64,000 bases of DNA from Bacteroidota bacterium (GTDB lineage Bacteria > Bacteroidota > Bacteroidia > Flavobacteriales > Flavobacteriaceae), in contig JAGXRT010000034.1 of assembly GCA_018335575.1 (NCBI GenBank), forward strand, positions 8,040 to 72,039. Direction: 5' to 3'. Positions 9,590 to 19,227 of this stretch are shown one piece after another. The number at the start of each line of letters is the position of its first letter. Positions within the stretch are counted from its first letter, which is position 1. Both the position numbers and the translations under genes were made by a program. Under the pieces are notes generated by a model. The model made no database searches and was not told the origin of the DNA. It saw nothing but the letters and a program-made list of their open reading frames with translations.

Positions 9590-10486
9590 TTACAAAAAAG
9601 TTATTGAAGTATGCGACTCGGATACATTTAACTCAATGGTTCTTCCCAATATCAAGGCTCGGTTATCATCCATATGACCAAATGGTGCATTAAATACTAC
9701 CGGAAAATCAACATCTTTAACATGGGACAAAATGATTTCTTCGGCTGTTTTTCCATAAGGTACCTCATTGTCGTTCATTTGGGTCATTCCGCCTACGATT
9801 AAACCTTTTAAATTTTCAAAATATCCATTGCGTTTAATGTTTTGCAGCATGCGGTCTATATGATACAAATACTCATCCAAGTCTTCCAATAAAAGAATTT
9901 TACCATTCGTTTGAATTGCCGATTTACTTCCTAACAAACTATATAAAACCGATAAATTTCCACCAACCAGTTGCCCCCGGCTTTCGCCTGCAACTGTATT
10001 ATTACCTGGTTTGAATTTATAGGATAAAGCATTTCCCATTAAACAGTTTTTAAGCGAATCAAGAGCGCTTTTGGTATTGGCTGTGATATTTATAGGCATG
10101 GTGGCATGTAAAGTCTCAATGCCAAAATTATGGATATGTGAGTGAAAAACAGTTATGTCAGAATATCCTATTAACCATTTTGGATTTTTTTTAAAGGCAT
10201 TAAAATCAAGTTGGTCGATGAGTTGTACAGAGCCGTATCCACCCCGTGCGCACCAAATTGCCTTAACATGGGTATCGTCTAAAAATTGCTGAAAATCTTC
10301 AATACGCTCTTTTTCAGTTCCTGCAAATTGATGATGCTCTAAACCAATGGTTTTACCAATTACGGGTATTAAACCCCAAGACTCAAGTAAATCAACAGCA
10401 GGTTTAATTTCAATTAAATTAATTTTTCGAGCTGTTGAAACAATGGCAACCGAATCGCCTGGTTTAAGATATGCCGGTGTTAACAT
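9590..10486 (-). CDS. LD-carboxypeptidase (peptidase S66)
   Basis: ARGGYG, GYSDIT (Ser), GGNLS, LED..E (Glu), FGH (His). Confidence 0.9.
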   Translation of the reverse strand: MLTPAYLKPGDSVAIVSTARKINLIEIKPAVDLLESWGLIPVIGKTIGLEHHQFAGTEKERIEDFQQFLDDTHVKAIWCARGGYGSVQLIDQLDFNAFKKNPKWLIGYSDITVFHSHIHNFGIETLHATMPINITANTKSALDSLKNCLMGNALSYKFKPGNNTVAGESRGQLVGGNLSVLYSLLGSKSAIQTNGKILLLEDLDEYLYHIDRMLQNIKRNGYFENLKGLIVGGMTQMNDNEVPYGKTAEEIILSHVKDVDFPVVFNAPFGHMDDNRALILGRTIELNVSESHTSITFL

Positions 10487-10526
10487 AGTAATAATTCTAC
10501 TGCAAATTACGAAAACAAGTTTAACT

Positions 10527-10559
10527 TTTGATATTTCTAAAGTGTAATCCGTATTTTTG
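10527..10559 (+). promoter_or_regulatory. metG promoter: -33 TTTG (10527-10530), 21-nt spacer, -7 TATTTTTG (10552-10559)
   Basis: Full Bacteroidota consensus; implies a true start at ATG 10579 rather than TTG 10528. Confidence 0.75.
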
Positions 10560-10578
10560 TGACGTAATATTCAATTTT

Positions 10579-12639
10579 ATGCAAAATCAAAGACGATTTA
10601 CCATCACGGCTGCCTTGCCGTACACCAACGGACCTGTTCATATTGGTCATTTAGCCGGAGTTTATATTCCTGCTGATATTTATGCACGGTTTATGCGTTT
10701 GAAAGGTGAAGATGTAGCTTATATTTGTGGTTCTGATGAACATGGAGTGCCCATTACAATCAAAGCTAAAAAAGAAGGAATAACTCCTCAGCAATTGGTT
10801 GATAAGTACCATGAAATCATCAAAAAATCGTTTGAAGATTTTGGAATTTCCTTTGATAGTTATTCGCGAACGTCGGCTAAAATACACCACCAAACGGCCT
10901 CAGATTTCTTTAAAAAATTGTACGATGACAAAAAGTTTGTAGAAGAAGTTTCAATGCAATTATACGACGAAAGCGCCAATCAGTTTTTGGCTGATCGTTT
11001 TGTAATAGGAACCTGTCCAAAATGCGGCAATGAAGAAAGTTATGGCGATCAGTGTGAAAAATGTGGCACCTCGCACAATGCAACCGATTTAATTAATCCT
11101 AAATCGGCAATAACAGGAAACAAACCAACACTTAAAGAAACCAAACATTGGTATTTACCGTTAGAAAATTATTCAGACTGGTTAAAAGAGTGGATTGTTG
11201 AAGGACACAAAGACGATTGGAAAGCCAATGTTTTAGGTCAAGTAAAATCCTGGATTGATGACGGGTTACGACCAAGAGCCGTGACACGCGATTTAGACTG
11301 GGGGATTCCGGTTCCGGTCGAAAATTCTGAAGGAAAAGTATTGTATGTGTGGTTTGACGCTCCAATTGGTTATATCTCATCAACCAAAGAATGGGCACAA
11401 AAGGTTGGTAAAAACTGGGAAGATTATTGGAAAAATAAAGAAACCAAATTAATTCATTTTATAGGAAAAGACAATATCGTTTTTCATTGCATTATTTTCC
11501 CGGCTATGTTAAAAGCAGAAGGTTCGTATATTTTACCAGAAAATGTCCCGGCTAATGAATTTTTAAATTTAGAAGGCGATAAAATATCAACCTCCAGAAA
11601 TTGGGCAGTTTGGTTGCATGAATATTTGGAAGAATTTCCTGGGAAACAAGACGTACTGCGTTATACGCTAACTGCAAATGCCCCTGAGACTAAAGATAAT
11701 GATTTTACCTGGAAAGATTTTCAGGCTCGCAATAACAATGAGCTGGTAGCTGTTTTTGGAAACTTTATTAACCGTGTGGCTGTACTTACACATAAATATT
11801 ATAACGGTTTGGTTCCTCAACCAACTCTATTTACTGCTTTAGATCAAGAAGTTTTATCTCAACTAAAAGCTTATCCTGAAACCATTGCTATTTCGTTGGA
11901 GCGATACAGATTTAGAGAAGCCTTGAGTGAGTTTATGAATTTAGCCCGACTTGGAAATAAGTATTTAGCCGATGAGGAGCCTTGGAAACAAATAAAAGAA
12001 AATCCTGAAAGAGTTCAAACTATTATGTTTGTAGCGCTTCAAATAGCTACTGCTTTGGCCATTTTGAGCGAGCCGTTTTTACCTTTTACGGCCTCCAAAT
12101 TGAAACAAATATTAAACTTCAATGATGAAACGTATGGGTGGGATGAGGTAAGTAAGATGAATGTGCTTTTAAGTTCTGGACATCAGATAAATGAGGCACA
12201 ATTACTTTTTGAAAAAATAGAAGATGCGGCCATTCAATTTCAAGTTGATAAATTGGAAAATACCAAAAAAATAAACGATGCTGCTAATTTAGAAGTTACT
12301 CCTCAAAAGGAAACCATTTCTTTTGATGATTTCACCAAATTAGATATTCGGGTAGGAACTATTTTGGCAGCTGAAAAAATGCCAAAGGCCAAAAAATTAT
12401 TGGTGTTAAAAGTAGATATTGGCACTGAAATACGAACCATTGTAAGTGGTATAGCCGAAAGTTTTACTCCAGAACAAATAATAGGACAACGAGTTACCGT
12501 GCTTACCAATCTGGCTCCACGTGAAATTAGAGGCATAGAAAGCAACGGAATGATTTTGATGACCGATGCTAAAGACGGTTCGTTATCTTTTGTTGAGCCC
12601 GATAAAAAAGACGTCATTAACGGAGCTCAAATTTCTTAA
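10579..12639 (+). CDS. metG: Methionine--tRNA ligase
   Basis: [13 protein letters not shown] (HIGH), Zn knuckle CPKC/CEKC, YVWFDA, KISTS (KMSKS-equivalent), C-terminal tRNA-binding OB fold. Confidence 0.97.
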   Translation: MQNQRRFTITAALPYTNGPVHIGHLAGVYIPADIYARFMRLKGEDVAYICGSDEHGVPITIKAKKEGITPQQLVDKYHEIIKKSFEDFGISFDSYSRTSAKIHHQTASDFFKKLYDDKKFVEEVSMQLYDESANQFLADRFVIGTCPKCGNEESYGDQCEKCGTSHNATDLINPKSAITGNKPTLKETKHWYLPLENYSDWLKEWIVEGHKDDWKANVLGQVKSWIDDGLRPRAVTRDLDWGIPVPVENSEGKVLYVWFDAPIGYISSTKEWAQKVGKNWEDYWKNKETKLIHFIGKDNIVFHCIIFPAMLKAEGSYILPENVPANEFLNLEGDKISTSRNWAVWLHEYLEEFPGKQDVLRYTLTANAPETKDNDFTWKDFQARNNNELVAVFGNFINRVAVLTHKYYNGLVPQPTLFTALDQEVLSQLKAYPETIAISLERYRFREALSEFMNLARLGNKYLADEEPWKQIKENPERVQTIMFVALQIATALAILSEPFLPFTASKLKQILNFNDETYGWDEVSKMNVLLSSGHQINEAQLLFEKIEDAAIQFQVDKLENTKKINDAANLEVTPQKETISFDDFTKLDIRVGTILAAEKMPKAKKLLVLKVDIGTEIRTIVSGIAESFTPEQIIGQRVTVLTNLAPREIRGIESNGMILMTDAKDGSLSFVEPDKKDVINGAQIS

Positions 12640-12643
12640 AAGT

Positions 12644-13171
12644 GTGGACGATAATTTAATAATCAGGAAAGCTGAAGTTAAGGACGCTGAGTATATCGCG
12701 CTGTTAGGTCAGATAACTTTTGACGAAACCTTTGGTCATCATTTCCGCGATCGCAATGATTTGATTAATTATTTTAAATCAACCTTTTCTGTTGAAAAGA
12801 TTCGGTCGAGTATTGCAAAAGAAAATAATGTTTTTTGGTTGGCTTTGGTAAACGATTTACCGATTGGCTATGCAAAGCTTAAAAAATTTTCACCTTTAGA
12901 ACAGCTTCTCCCTGCACCTGCGGCTCAACTTCAAAAAATTTATGTACTTAAAGATTATATTGGCAAGCAAGTAGGCCCTGCCTTGCAAAACGCGCTGTTT
13001 GATGAGGTCAAAGCATTAAAAATTAGCAATTTATGGCTTTCTGTTTTAAAAACAAATGAGCGTGCTATTAGGTTTTATCAGAAGAATAATTTTAAATCGG
13101 TAGGAGAACATTTATTTACGGTTGGTAAAGAAACCTTTGATTTTTATATATTTCTGAAAAAATTCGAATAA
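12644..13171 (+). CDS. GNAT N-acetyltransferase, PaiA-like (start probably GTG 12644)
   Basis: IRKA...D, TFDETF, LQKIYVL..YIGKQVG, WLSV...NERAIRFYQK; GTG sits 4 nt after the metG stop. Confidence 0.82.
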   Translation: MDDNLIIRKAEVKDAEYIALLGQITFDETFGHHFRDRNDLINYFKSTFSVEKIRSSIAKENNVFWLALVNDLPIGYAKLKKFSPLEQLLPAPAAQLQKIYVLKDYIGKQVGPALQNALFDEVKALKISNLWLSVLKTNERAIRFYQKNNFKSVGEHLFTVGKETFDFYIFLKKFE

Positions 13172-13179
13172 CAGCATAA

Positions 13180-15516
13180 ATGAAACGGCTATTTGCATTT
13201 ATTTTTTTGTTTTTTCCTTTAATTTTTAAGGCTCAGAATATTGCTGTTGATAGCCAAACCTATACGCCTCAACAATTAATTGAAGATATCTTAATAGCAA
13301 ACAGTTGTATTTCTAATGTAGTAGTGACTAATGTGGTTGGTGGAAATTTTACCAATGATAAAAGTTATGGCTTTTTCGACGCTACCGGAACCACATTTCC
13401 AATACAAAAAGGAATTGTTCTAAGTACAGGAAAACTTTCTAATGTAAAAGGCCCCAATACGTTTATAAGTAGTGATAATGCTCCTGGATGGATTGGTGAT
13501 ACTGATTTGGAAGCTGCTTTAAATGAGTCGAATACACACAATGCTACCATCATAGAGTTTGATTTTGTATCCAAAACCAATCAAATTAGTTTTAGGTATC
13601 TTTTTGCATCCGAAGAATACCAGCAAAATAATGCCAACACCTGTAAATATTCAGATTTATTTGGCTTTTTAATTAGACCTGCAAATCAACAACAGTATAC
13701 TAATATTGCACTAATACCCAATACGCAAATACCCGTAAAGGTTACAACTGTTCATCCATTAATTCCAAATGGCTGTGCAGCTATAAATGAAGAATATTTT
13801 GGCAGTTTTAACGGTACCGTTTCGCCTATAAATTTTAACGGACAAACTAAAGTTTTAACCGCTACGGCAACGGTGAATCCGAATGAAGTCTATCATGTAA
13901 AACTGGTAATTGCCGATGAAACAAATGCATTGTACGATTCGGCAGTCTTCTTAGAAGCCGGAAGTTTTCAAATGAATGTCGATTTAGGAAAAGATCGTTT
14001 ATTGGCCTCCAATAACCCACTCTGTGAAAATGAATCCTATACCCTGAATGCCTTTATTGAAGGGCCAAATAATACCTATAAATGGTTTAAAAACGGTGTT
14101 GAAATTGAAAATGAAACAAACGCTAATTACACGATTTCAGCTGCCGGAACATATACAGTAGAAGTTGATTTAGGCAATAATTGCATGGCTTTTGGAGGTA
14201 TCACAATAGAATACACTCTTAAACCTGGGGTAAATAACTCCACTTTAACTGCTTGTGATGAAAACCAGGATGGGAAGGCAGTGTTTAATCTTAAGGATGC
14301 TGCTCAAACGATGTTAAACAATGATTCAAATTTAAGAATCACCAATTTTTTCTACTCGCTTAATGACGCAATTTTAAATGCTAATTCCATTGTAAACCCC
14401 TCAGCTTTTGAAAATTCTACTCCTTCTCAAACTGTTTATGCAAGGGTTGAAAATCAATACGCATGTTTTGCCGTGGCAGTAATTAATTTAGAATTTAAGC
14501 CACTAACAACTATTAATATTCAACCTTTTGAAGTTTGCGATAATTTGCCTATAGACGGATTTTCAGACTTTAATTTAAATGATTTAAGAAGCCTTATTAA
14601 AACGCAACTAACTTCTAATACGAGCGTTAAATTCTATAAAAAATTCGATGATGCGAGCAATTCAACCAATGAAATTGATGGAAATTATACCAATTCAAAA
14701 AGCAATAACGAGGTAATTTATACCAAAATTACAGATGGTAATTTATGTATTCCCATAACGCCTATTTCGTTAAAGGTGTTGCATGCTCCAAAATTAGATG
14801 TAAATGAAGAGCTGTATTATTGCCTCAATACCTTTCCAAATACTTTAGCAATTAATAGTGGTTTATTAAATGTCTTGCCCAAAGAAACCTATACCTATCA
14901 ATGGCTAAAAGACGGTGTTGATTTAAATATGAATTCATCTACAATAAATATTAATGAATTAGGAACCTATAAAGTAACTGTAAGCAGTGCTAATAACTGT
15001 AGCAATAGCAGAGAAATAGTGGTAAAACCATCGAACAGTGCAACAATAATCGAAATTGTTGTTAAAGATTTAACCGAAAATAATTCTATTACGGTTATTG
15101 TTACAGGAGAAGGAGATTATGAATACGGGTTAGACAATCAGAATGGAAATTTTCAGGAATCAAACGAGTTTTTTAATGTTGAAAATGGTTATCACACGGT
15201 TTTTATAAAAGATAAGAACGGATGTAATACAGTTCAACAACAAGTTTCTGTGGTTGGATTTATCAATTATTTTACCCCCAATAACGATGGTTACAACGAT
15301 TATTGGAAACCATTTACAAAAAATTATCCATACAATTCTAAATTGGAAATCTATATATATGACCGTTTTGGCAAACTTTTAATAAAATTAAATCCGATGG
15401 GATTGGGTTGGGATGGCACCATAAAAGGCACCCAACTTCCCAGTGGCAATTATTGGTTTAAAGCCATTCAGGAAGATGGCAAAGTGTACAAAGGTCATTT
15501 TTCATTAAAAAGATAG
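13180..15516 (+). CDS. T9SS type-B CTD surface protein with N-terminal choice-of-anchor L-like domain and Cys-containing Ig-like repeats
   Basis: Signal peptide; F.YLFASEEY...D.FGF...KLVIAD...DSAVFLE; C-terminal FTPNNDGYND...IYDRFGKL...WDG...LPSGNYWF...GHFSLKR. Confidence 0.85.
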   Translation: MKRLFAFIFLFFPLIFKAQNIAVDSQTYTPQQLIEDILIANSCISNVVVTNVVGGNFTNDKSYGFFDATGTTFPIQKGIVLSTGKLSNVKGPNTFISSDNAPGWIGDTDLEAALNESNTHNATIIEFDFVSKTNQISFRYLFASEEYQQNNANTCKYSDLFGFLIRPANQQQYTNIALIPNTQIPVKVTTVHPLIPNGCAAINEEYFGSFNGTVSPINFNGQTKVLTATATVNPNEVYHVKLVIADETNALYDSAVFLEAGSFQMNVDLGKDRLLASNNPLCENESYTLNAFIEGPNNTYKWFKNGVEIENETNANYTISAAGTYTVEVDLGNNCMAFGGITIEYTLKPGVNNSTLTACDENQDGKAVFNLKDAAQTMLNNDSNLRITNFFYSLNDAILNANSIVNPSAFENSTPSQTVYARVENQYACFAVAVINLEFKPLTTINIQPFEVCDNLPIDGFSDFNLNDLRSLIKTQLTSNTSVKFYKKFDDASNSTNEIDGNYTNSKSNNEVIYTKITDGNLCIPITPISLKVLHAPKLDVNEELYYCLNTFPNTLAINSGLLNVLPKETYTYQWLKDGVDLNMNSSTININELGTYKVTVSSANNCSNSREIVVKPSNSATIIEIVVKDLTENNSITVIVTGEGDYEYGLDNQNGNFQESNEFFNVENGYHTVFIKDKNGCNTVQQQVSVVGFINYFTPNNDGYNDYWKPFTKNYPYNSKLEIYIYDRFGKLLIKLNPMGLGWDGTIKGTQLPSGNYWFKAIQEDGKVYKGHFSLKR

Positions 15517-15567
15517 TTATCATTAACAATTATAGAAATCGAAAATAATAATAAGTCAGATTAATTC

Positions 15568-17691
15568 ATGCAGCTCTATCAATTTATACTAAACCAAACT
15601 AGTTTACCAGAAATAAGCATAAAAAACACTTTAAAATTATTGGATGAAGACTGTACAATTCCATTTATTTCGAGATACCGAAAAGAATTAACAGGAGGAT
15701 TGGACGAATTGCAAATAGCCGAAATACAAAAGCTCAAAAAATCGTTTGAAGAATTAGAATCCCGAAAAGCGACCATTTTAAAATCGTTGGAAGAACAAAA
15801 TGTGCTTACTGATGAGCTGAAATCCAATGTTTTAGAATGTATTAATCTTACTAATTTAGAAGACATTTACCTTCCGTATAAAAAGAAGCGAAAAACAAAA
15901 TCCGATACAGCAAGAGAACACGGTTTAGAACCCTTGGCTAAAATTATTATGGCCCAGCGAGCTGAGAATATTGATTTTATCGCTTCTCAATACCTCAATG
16001 AAAATGTGCTCAACGAAGATGATGCGCTCGAAGGAGCAAGGCATATAATAGCCGAATGGATGAACGAATCGATTCATACACGAAACCGTTTAAGAATTAT
16101 GTTTAGTAGAAAGGCTGTAATATCGAGTCAACTAATAAAAGGAAAATCAGTAGATGAGCAAGCGCAAAAATATAAAGACTATTTCAATTGGTCAGAGCCC
16201 TTGTCGCGCTGTCCTTCGCACCGCCTATTGGCTATATTGCGCGCCGAACATGAAAAAATTATCAAACTGGACGTTTCTATCGATACCGACGAAGCCTTAA
16301 ATATCATAAAATCGATTTTTATTAAAGGAAAAAGTGAAACTTCCAGACATGTTGAGTTGGCTGCAATTGATGCTTATAAACGGCTCCTGGCACCGGCATT
16401 ATCAAACGAAGCATTGGTTAATGCCAAAGAAAAAGCCGATGAAACCGCCATCAAAGTTTTTGCAGAAAATCTTCGTCAGTTGCTGTTAAGCGCTCCATTG
16501 GGAGAAAAATCAATTTTAGCAATCGATCCGGGATTTAAATCGGGATGTAAAGTAGTTTGTTTAAATAAACAAGGCGATTTATTGCACAACGAAACCATTT
16601 ATCCGCATCCGCCGCAAAATGAAACAGCAATGGCTATGAAAAAAATAAGCTCATTGGTAAATGCCTATAAAATTGAGGCTATAGCCATTGGAAATGGAAC
16701 AGCCAGCAGAGAAACCGAGCATTTTATAAAACGTATTCGTTTTACTAGCGATATACAGGTTTTTGTTGTAAGTGAAGCTGGAGCATCAGTCTATTCAGCC
16801 TCCAAAATAGCGCGTGATGAATTTCCAAATTACGATGTTACGGTTCGCGGAGCAGTTTCAATCGGAAGGAGGCTTTCCGATCCCTTGGCAGAACTGGTTA
16901 AAATTGAACCTAAATCAATTGGAGTTGGGCAATATCAACACGATGTTAATCAAATAAAACTACGCGATGAATTGGATTTAGTATTGATGAGTTGTGTTAA
17001 TACCGTGGGCGTAAATATCAATACGGCCAGCAAATCTTTGTTGAGTGCAGTTTCGGGAATTGGCGAAAAGCTAGCCGAAAATATTATTGAATACCGAACC
17101 GAAAATGGGGCCTTTAAATCGCGGATGGATATAAAAAAGGTAAAGCGTTTAGGCGATAAAGCTTTTGAGCAGGGTGCAGGTTTTCTGCGGATTAAAGACG
17201 GTGAAAACCCTTTGGATAATTCGGCGGTTCATCCTGAAAGTTATGCAGTGGTGTTAAAAATGGCTAAAAAATTAAATGTAAAAGTTAATGAGTTGATTGG
17301 AAATAAAGAACTCTTAAAATCGATTGACCTACAATTGTATTGTACCGATAAAGTTGGTTTGCCAACCTTGCAAGACATTATTAAAGAGTTAGAAAAACCA
17401 GGGTTAGACCCACGCAAAAAAGCTAAAGTATTTGAGTTTGATCCTACCATTAAAACCATTTCCGATTTAAAATCGGGTCAAATTTTACCCGGAATAATCA
17501 ACAATATTACTAATTTTGGGTGCTTTGTTGATATTGGCATCAAAGAAAGCGGTTTGGTACATATTTCTAATGTAAGCAATCAGTTTGTAAGCGACATTAA
17601 CCAAGTGGTAAAACTACACCAACATGTACAAGTAAAGGTATTGGATGTTGATATGGCTCGAAAACGCATCCAACTTAGCATGAATTTCTAA
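15568..17691 (+). CDS. tex: Tex family RNA-binding transcription accessory protein
   Basis: TIPFISRYRKE, AIDPGF, SEAGASVYSAS, SIGVGQYQHD, HhH motifs and C-terminal S1 domain. Confidence 0.95.
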   Translation: MQLYQFILNQTSLPEISIKNTLKLLDEDCTIPFISRYRKELTGGLDELQIAEIQKLKKSFEELESRKATILKSLEEQNVLTDELKSNVLECINLTNLEDIYLPYKKKRKTKSDTAREHGLEPLAKIIMAQRAENIDFIASQYLNENVLNEDDALEGARHIIAEWMNESIHTRNRLRIMFSRKAVISSQLIKGKSVDEQAQKYKDYFNWSEPLSRCPSHRLLAILRAEHEKIIKLDVSIDTDEALNIIKSIFIKGKSETSRHVELAAIDAYKRLLAPALSNEALVNAKEKADETAIKVFAENLRQLLLSAPLGEKSILAIDPGFKSGCKVVCLNKQGDLLHNETIYPHPPQNETAMAMKKISSLVNAYKIEAIAIGNGTASRETEHFIKRIRFTSDIQVFVVSEAGASVYSASKIARDEFPNYDVTVRGAVSIGRRLSDPLAELVKIEPKSIGVGQYQHDVNQIKLRDELDLVLMSCVNTVGVNINTASKSLLSAVSGIGEKLAENIIEYRTENGAFKSRMDIKKVKRLGDKAFEQGAGFLRIKDGENPLDNSAVHPESYAVVLKMAKKLNVKVNELIGNKELLKSIDLQLYCTDKVGLPTLQDIIKELEKPGLDPRKKAKVFEFDPTIKTISDLKSGQILPGIINNITNFGCFVDIGIKESGLVHISNVSNQFVSDINQVVKLHQHVQVKVLDVDMARKRIQLSMNF

Positions 17692-17723
17692 TAAAAAAAG
17701 ACGCTTTTTAGCGTCTTTTTTAT
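17692..17723. terminator. Bidirectional intrinsic terminator between tex and ssb
   Basis: AAAAAAAGACGCT-TTTT-AGCGTCTTTTTT between convergent stops. Confidence 0.88.
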
Positions 17724-17736
17724 TTCTAGGAATTGG

Positions 17737-18075
17737 TTATTGTTTTGAACCCAACATCAGCATTTCCTGCACCACAATTTCTGTAACATAGCGTTTTACG
17801 CCTTCTTTATCTTCGTATGAACGCGATGACAACTTTCCTTCGATTACAATTTCTTTTCCTTTTTTCAGGTATTTCTCGGCAATTTCGGCAGTTTTGTTCC
17901 ACGCAACTACATTATGCCATTGCGTATCTTCTACTTTTTCGCCTTTTTCGTTTTTATAACTTTCGTTGGTAGCAATCGAAAATTTGGCAATTTTTTTACC
18001 CGATTCTAAGTTGATAATTTCAGGATCATTTCCTAAGTGACCAATTAACTGTACTTTGTTTCTTAAATTACTCAT
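17737..18075 (-). CDS. ssb: Single-stranded DNA-binding protein, short form with no acidic C-tail
   Basis: NKVQLIGHLG.DPE, FSIAT, WHNVVAW, IEGKL..RSY..., TEIV; 112 aa ending MLMLGSKQ. Confidence 0.92.
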   Translation of the reverse strand: MSNLRNKVQLIGHLGNDPEIINLESGKKIAKFSIATNESYKNEKGEKVEDTQWHNVVAWNKTAEIAEKYLKKGKEIVIEGKLSSRSYEDKEGVKRYVTEIVVQEMLMLGSKQ

Positions 18076-18146
18076 AACATTTTATTTTTAGTTGAACATT
18101 AATTTGATTGAACACCACAAAGAAATAGCAGCGGCCTCAAACAATT

Positions 18147-18192
18147 CGGTTATTAAGTGCTTACATCCGTTTGTAGTCGTTTGTAAACGGAT
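18147..18192. promoter_or_regulatory. Phased direct/inverted repeat array (CGTTTGTA units, ~10-bp period), putative operator
   Basis: CGTTTGTA at 18168 and 18178; degenerate TGCTTACA at 18158 and CGGTTATT at 18147; ATCCGTTT (18165) / AAACGGAT (18185) inverted pair. Confidence 0.6.
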
Positions 18193-18243
18193 AGAATGTT
18201 GAAAAATAGTCAGTTAAAAAATATTTTAAATGAAAAAATAGTT

Positions 18244-18251
18244 TATTTTTG
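18244..18251 (+). promoter_or_regulatory. -7 element TATTTTTG for the Zn-finger gene
   Basis: Exact TAnnTTTG, 16 nt before ATG 18268. Confidence 0.6.
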
Positions 18252-18267
18252 AGAAAATTATTTAGCT

Positions 18268-18624
18268 ATGAGTCAAGAAAAAAATACGTGTTTAGATTGT
18301 GGAGAACCTATAAGAGGCCGAATTGATAAAAAGTTTTGCTCGGATTACTGCCGAAATTCGTATCATAATAAATCAAATAAAGACACCACTAACTTAATTA
18401 GGAATACCAACAATTGTTTGCGTAAAAATCACCGCATTTTATCAGAACTTAATAAAACGGGAAAAACCAAGGTGAGTAGAAGTAAACTACTGCAACTTGG
18501 TTTTGATTTTAATTATTTTACATCGATGTACGTAACCAAAACAGAAAATGTTTACTTCTACTGTTATGATCAGGGGTACTTAGAATTGGAAAATGATTTT
18601 TATTTGTTAATCAAAAAAGATTAG
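18268..18624 (+). CDS. Small Zn-ribbon/treble-clef protein (DUF2116-like), function unknown
   Basis: CLDCGE...GR.DKKFCSDYCR, then a basic helix LRKNHRIL and an aromatic-rich C-terminus. Confidence 0.78.
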   Translation: MSQEKNTCLDCGEPIRGRIDKKFCSDYCRNSYHNKSNKDTTNLIRNTNNCLRKNHRILSELNKTGKTKVSRSKLLQLGFDFNYFTSMYVTKTENVYFYCYDQGYLELENDFYLLIKKD

Positions 18625-19070
18625 TGTTTAACTTTTAAAACGGCTTCCAATATATCTTTTTGACTTATTTGACCCACTAATTTTCCATGACGCATAACAG
18701 GGAAACGGCGTATTTTATTATTTAGGAAATAATCGGCAGCTTCAAAAATGGTAACAAAAGCATCCATGGTTTTAACTTCTTTTACCATATAGTCTTTTAC
18801 TTTAATATCACTCATTGGCATATTAAAATACTTGCTTTGTGAGATTTGTTTTAAACAATCTCCCTCAGAAATGATACCCACTAATTCATCCTGATCGTCA
18901 ATAACCGGTCCTCCGGAAATTTTATTTTTAACTAAAATTTCCATCGCTTCAACAACAGATTGGTCTGGTTTAAAACTTACCAGTTTTTTTGCCATATAAT
19001 CTTTTACCATAATAGGAGCTCCCTTATCGGTTTGCTCTGCACGTTGTCCTTGAAAACTTTTGACTGCCAT
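18621..19070 (-). CDS. Tandem CBS-domain protein
   Basis: VKDYM twice, ISGGPV...GIISEGD, RRFPV...GQISQKD. Confidence 0.9.
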   Translation of the reverse strand: MAVKSFQGQRAEQTDKGAPIMVKDYMAKKLVSFKPDQSVVEAMEILVKNKISGGPVIDDQDELVGIISEGDCLKQISQSKYFNMPMSDIKVKDYMVKEVKTMDAFVTIFEAADYFLNNKIRRFPVMRHGKLVGQISQKDILEAVLKVKH

Positions 19071-19227
19071 AATTGTATTTTTTATTTTAAATATAAGTAA
19101 AAATCATATAAAAATCGATTTTTTTATATCACTTAAATCTATAATTAATTAATACATGTTATATAACTCTTTGATGTATTAAATTTTAATTAAATTTAAA
19201 CTGCTGTTATTTCTAATTATAGTTGTT

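Noticed and set aside
12566..12643. Apparent 74-nt overlap of the GNAT ORF with metG
   Set aside because: This is an ORF-caller extension; the GNAT fold starts at GTG 12644, just after the metG stop.
17737..18624. ssb plus a Zn-finger gene as a prophage or plasmid remnant with iterons
   Set aside because: No integrase, rep, relaxase, att-like repeats or phage genes nearby; the flanks are housekeeping, and the units are shorter than typical iterons.
19149..19182. Inverted repeat TTAATACAT...ATGTATTAA with inner GTTATATAAC between the CBS and M28 genes
   Set aside because: It is almost all A/T in a very AT-rich spacer and occurs once, so it cannot be distinguished from chance.
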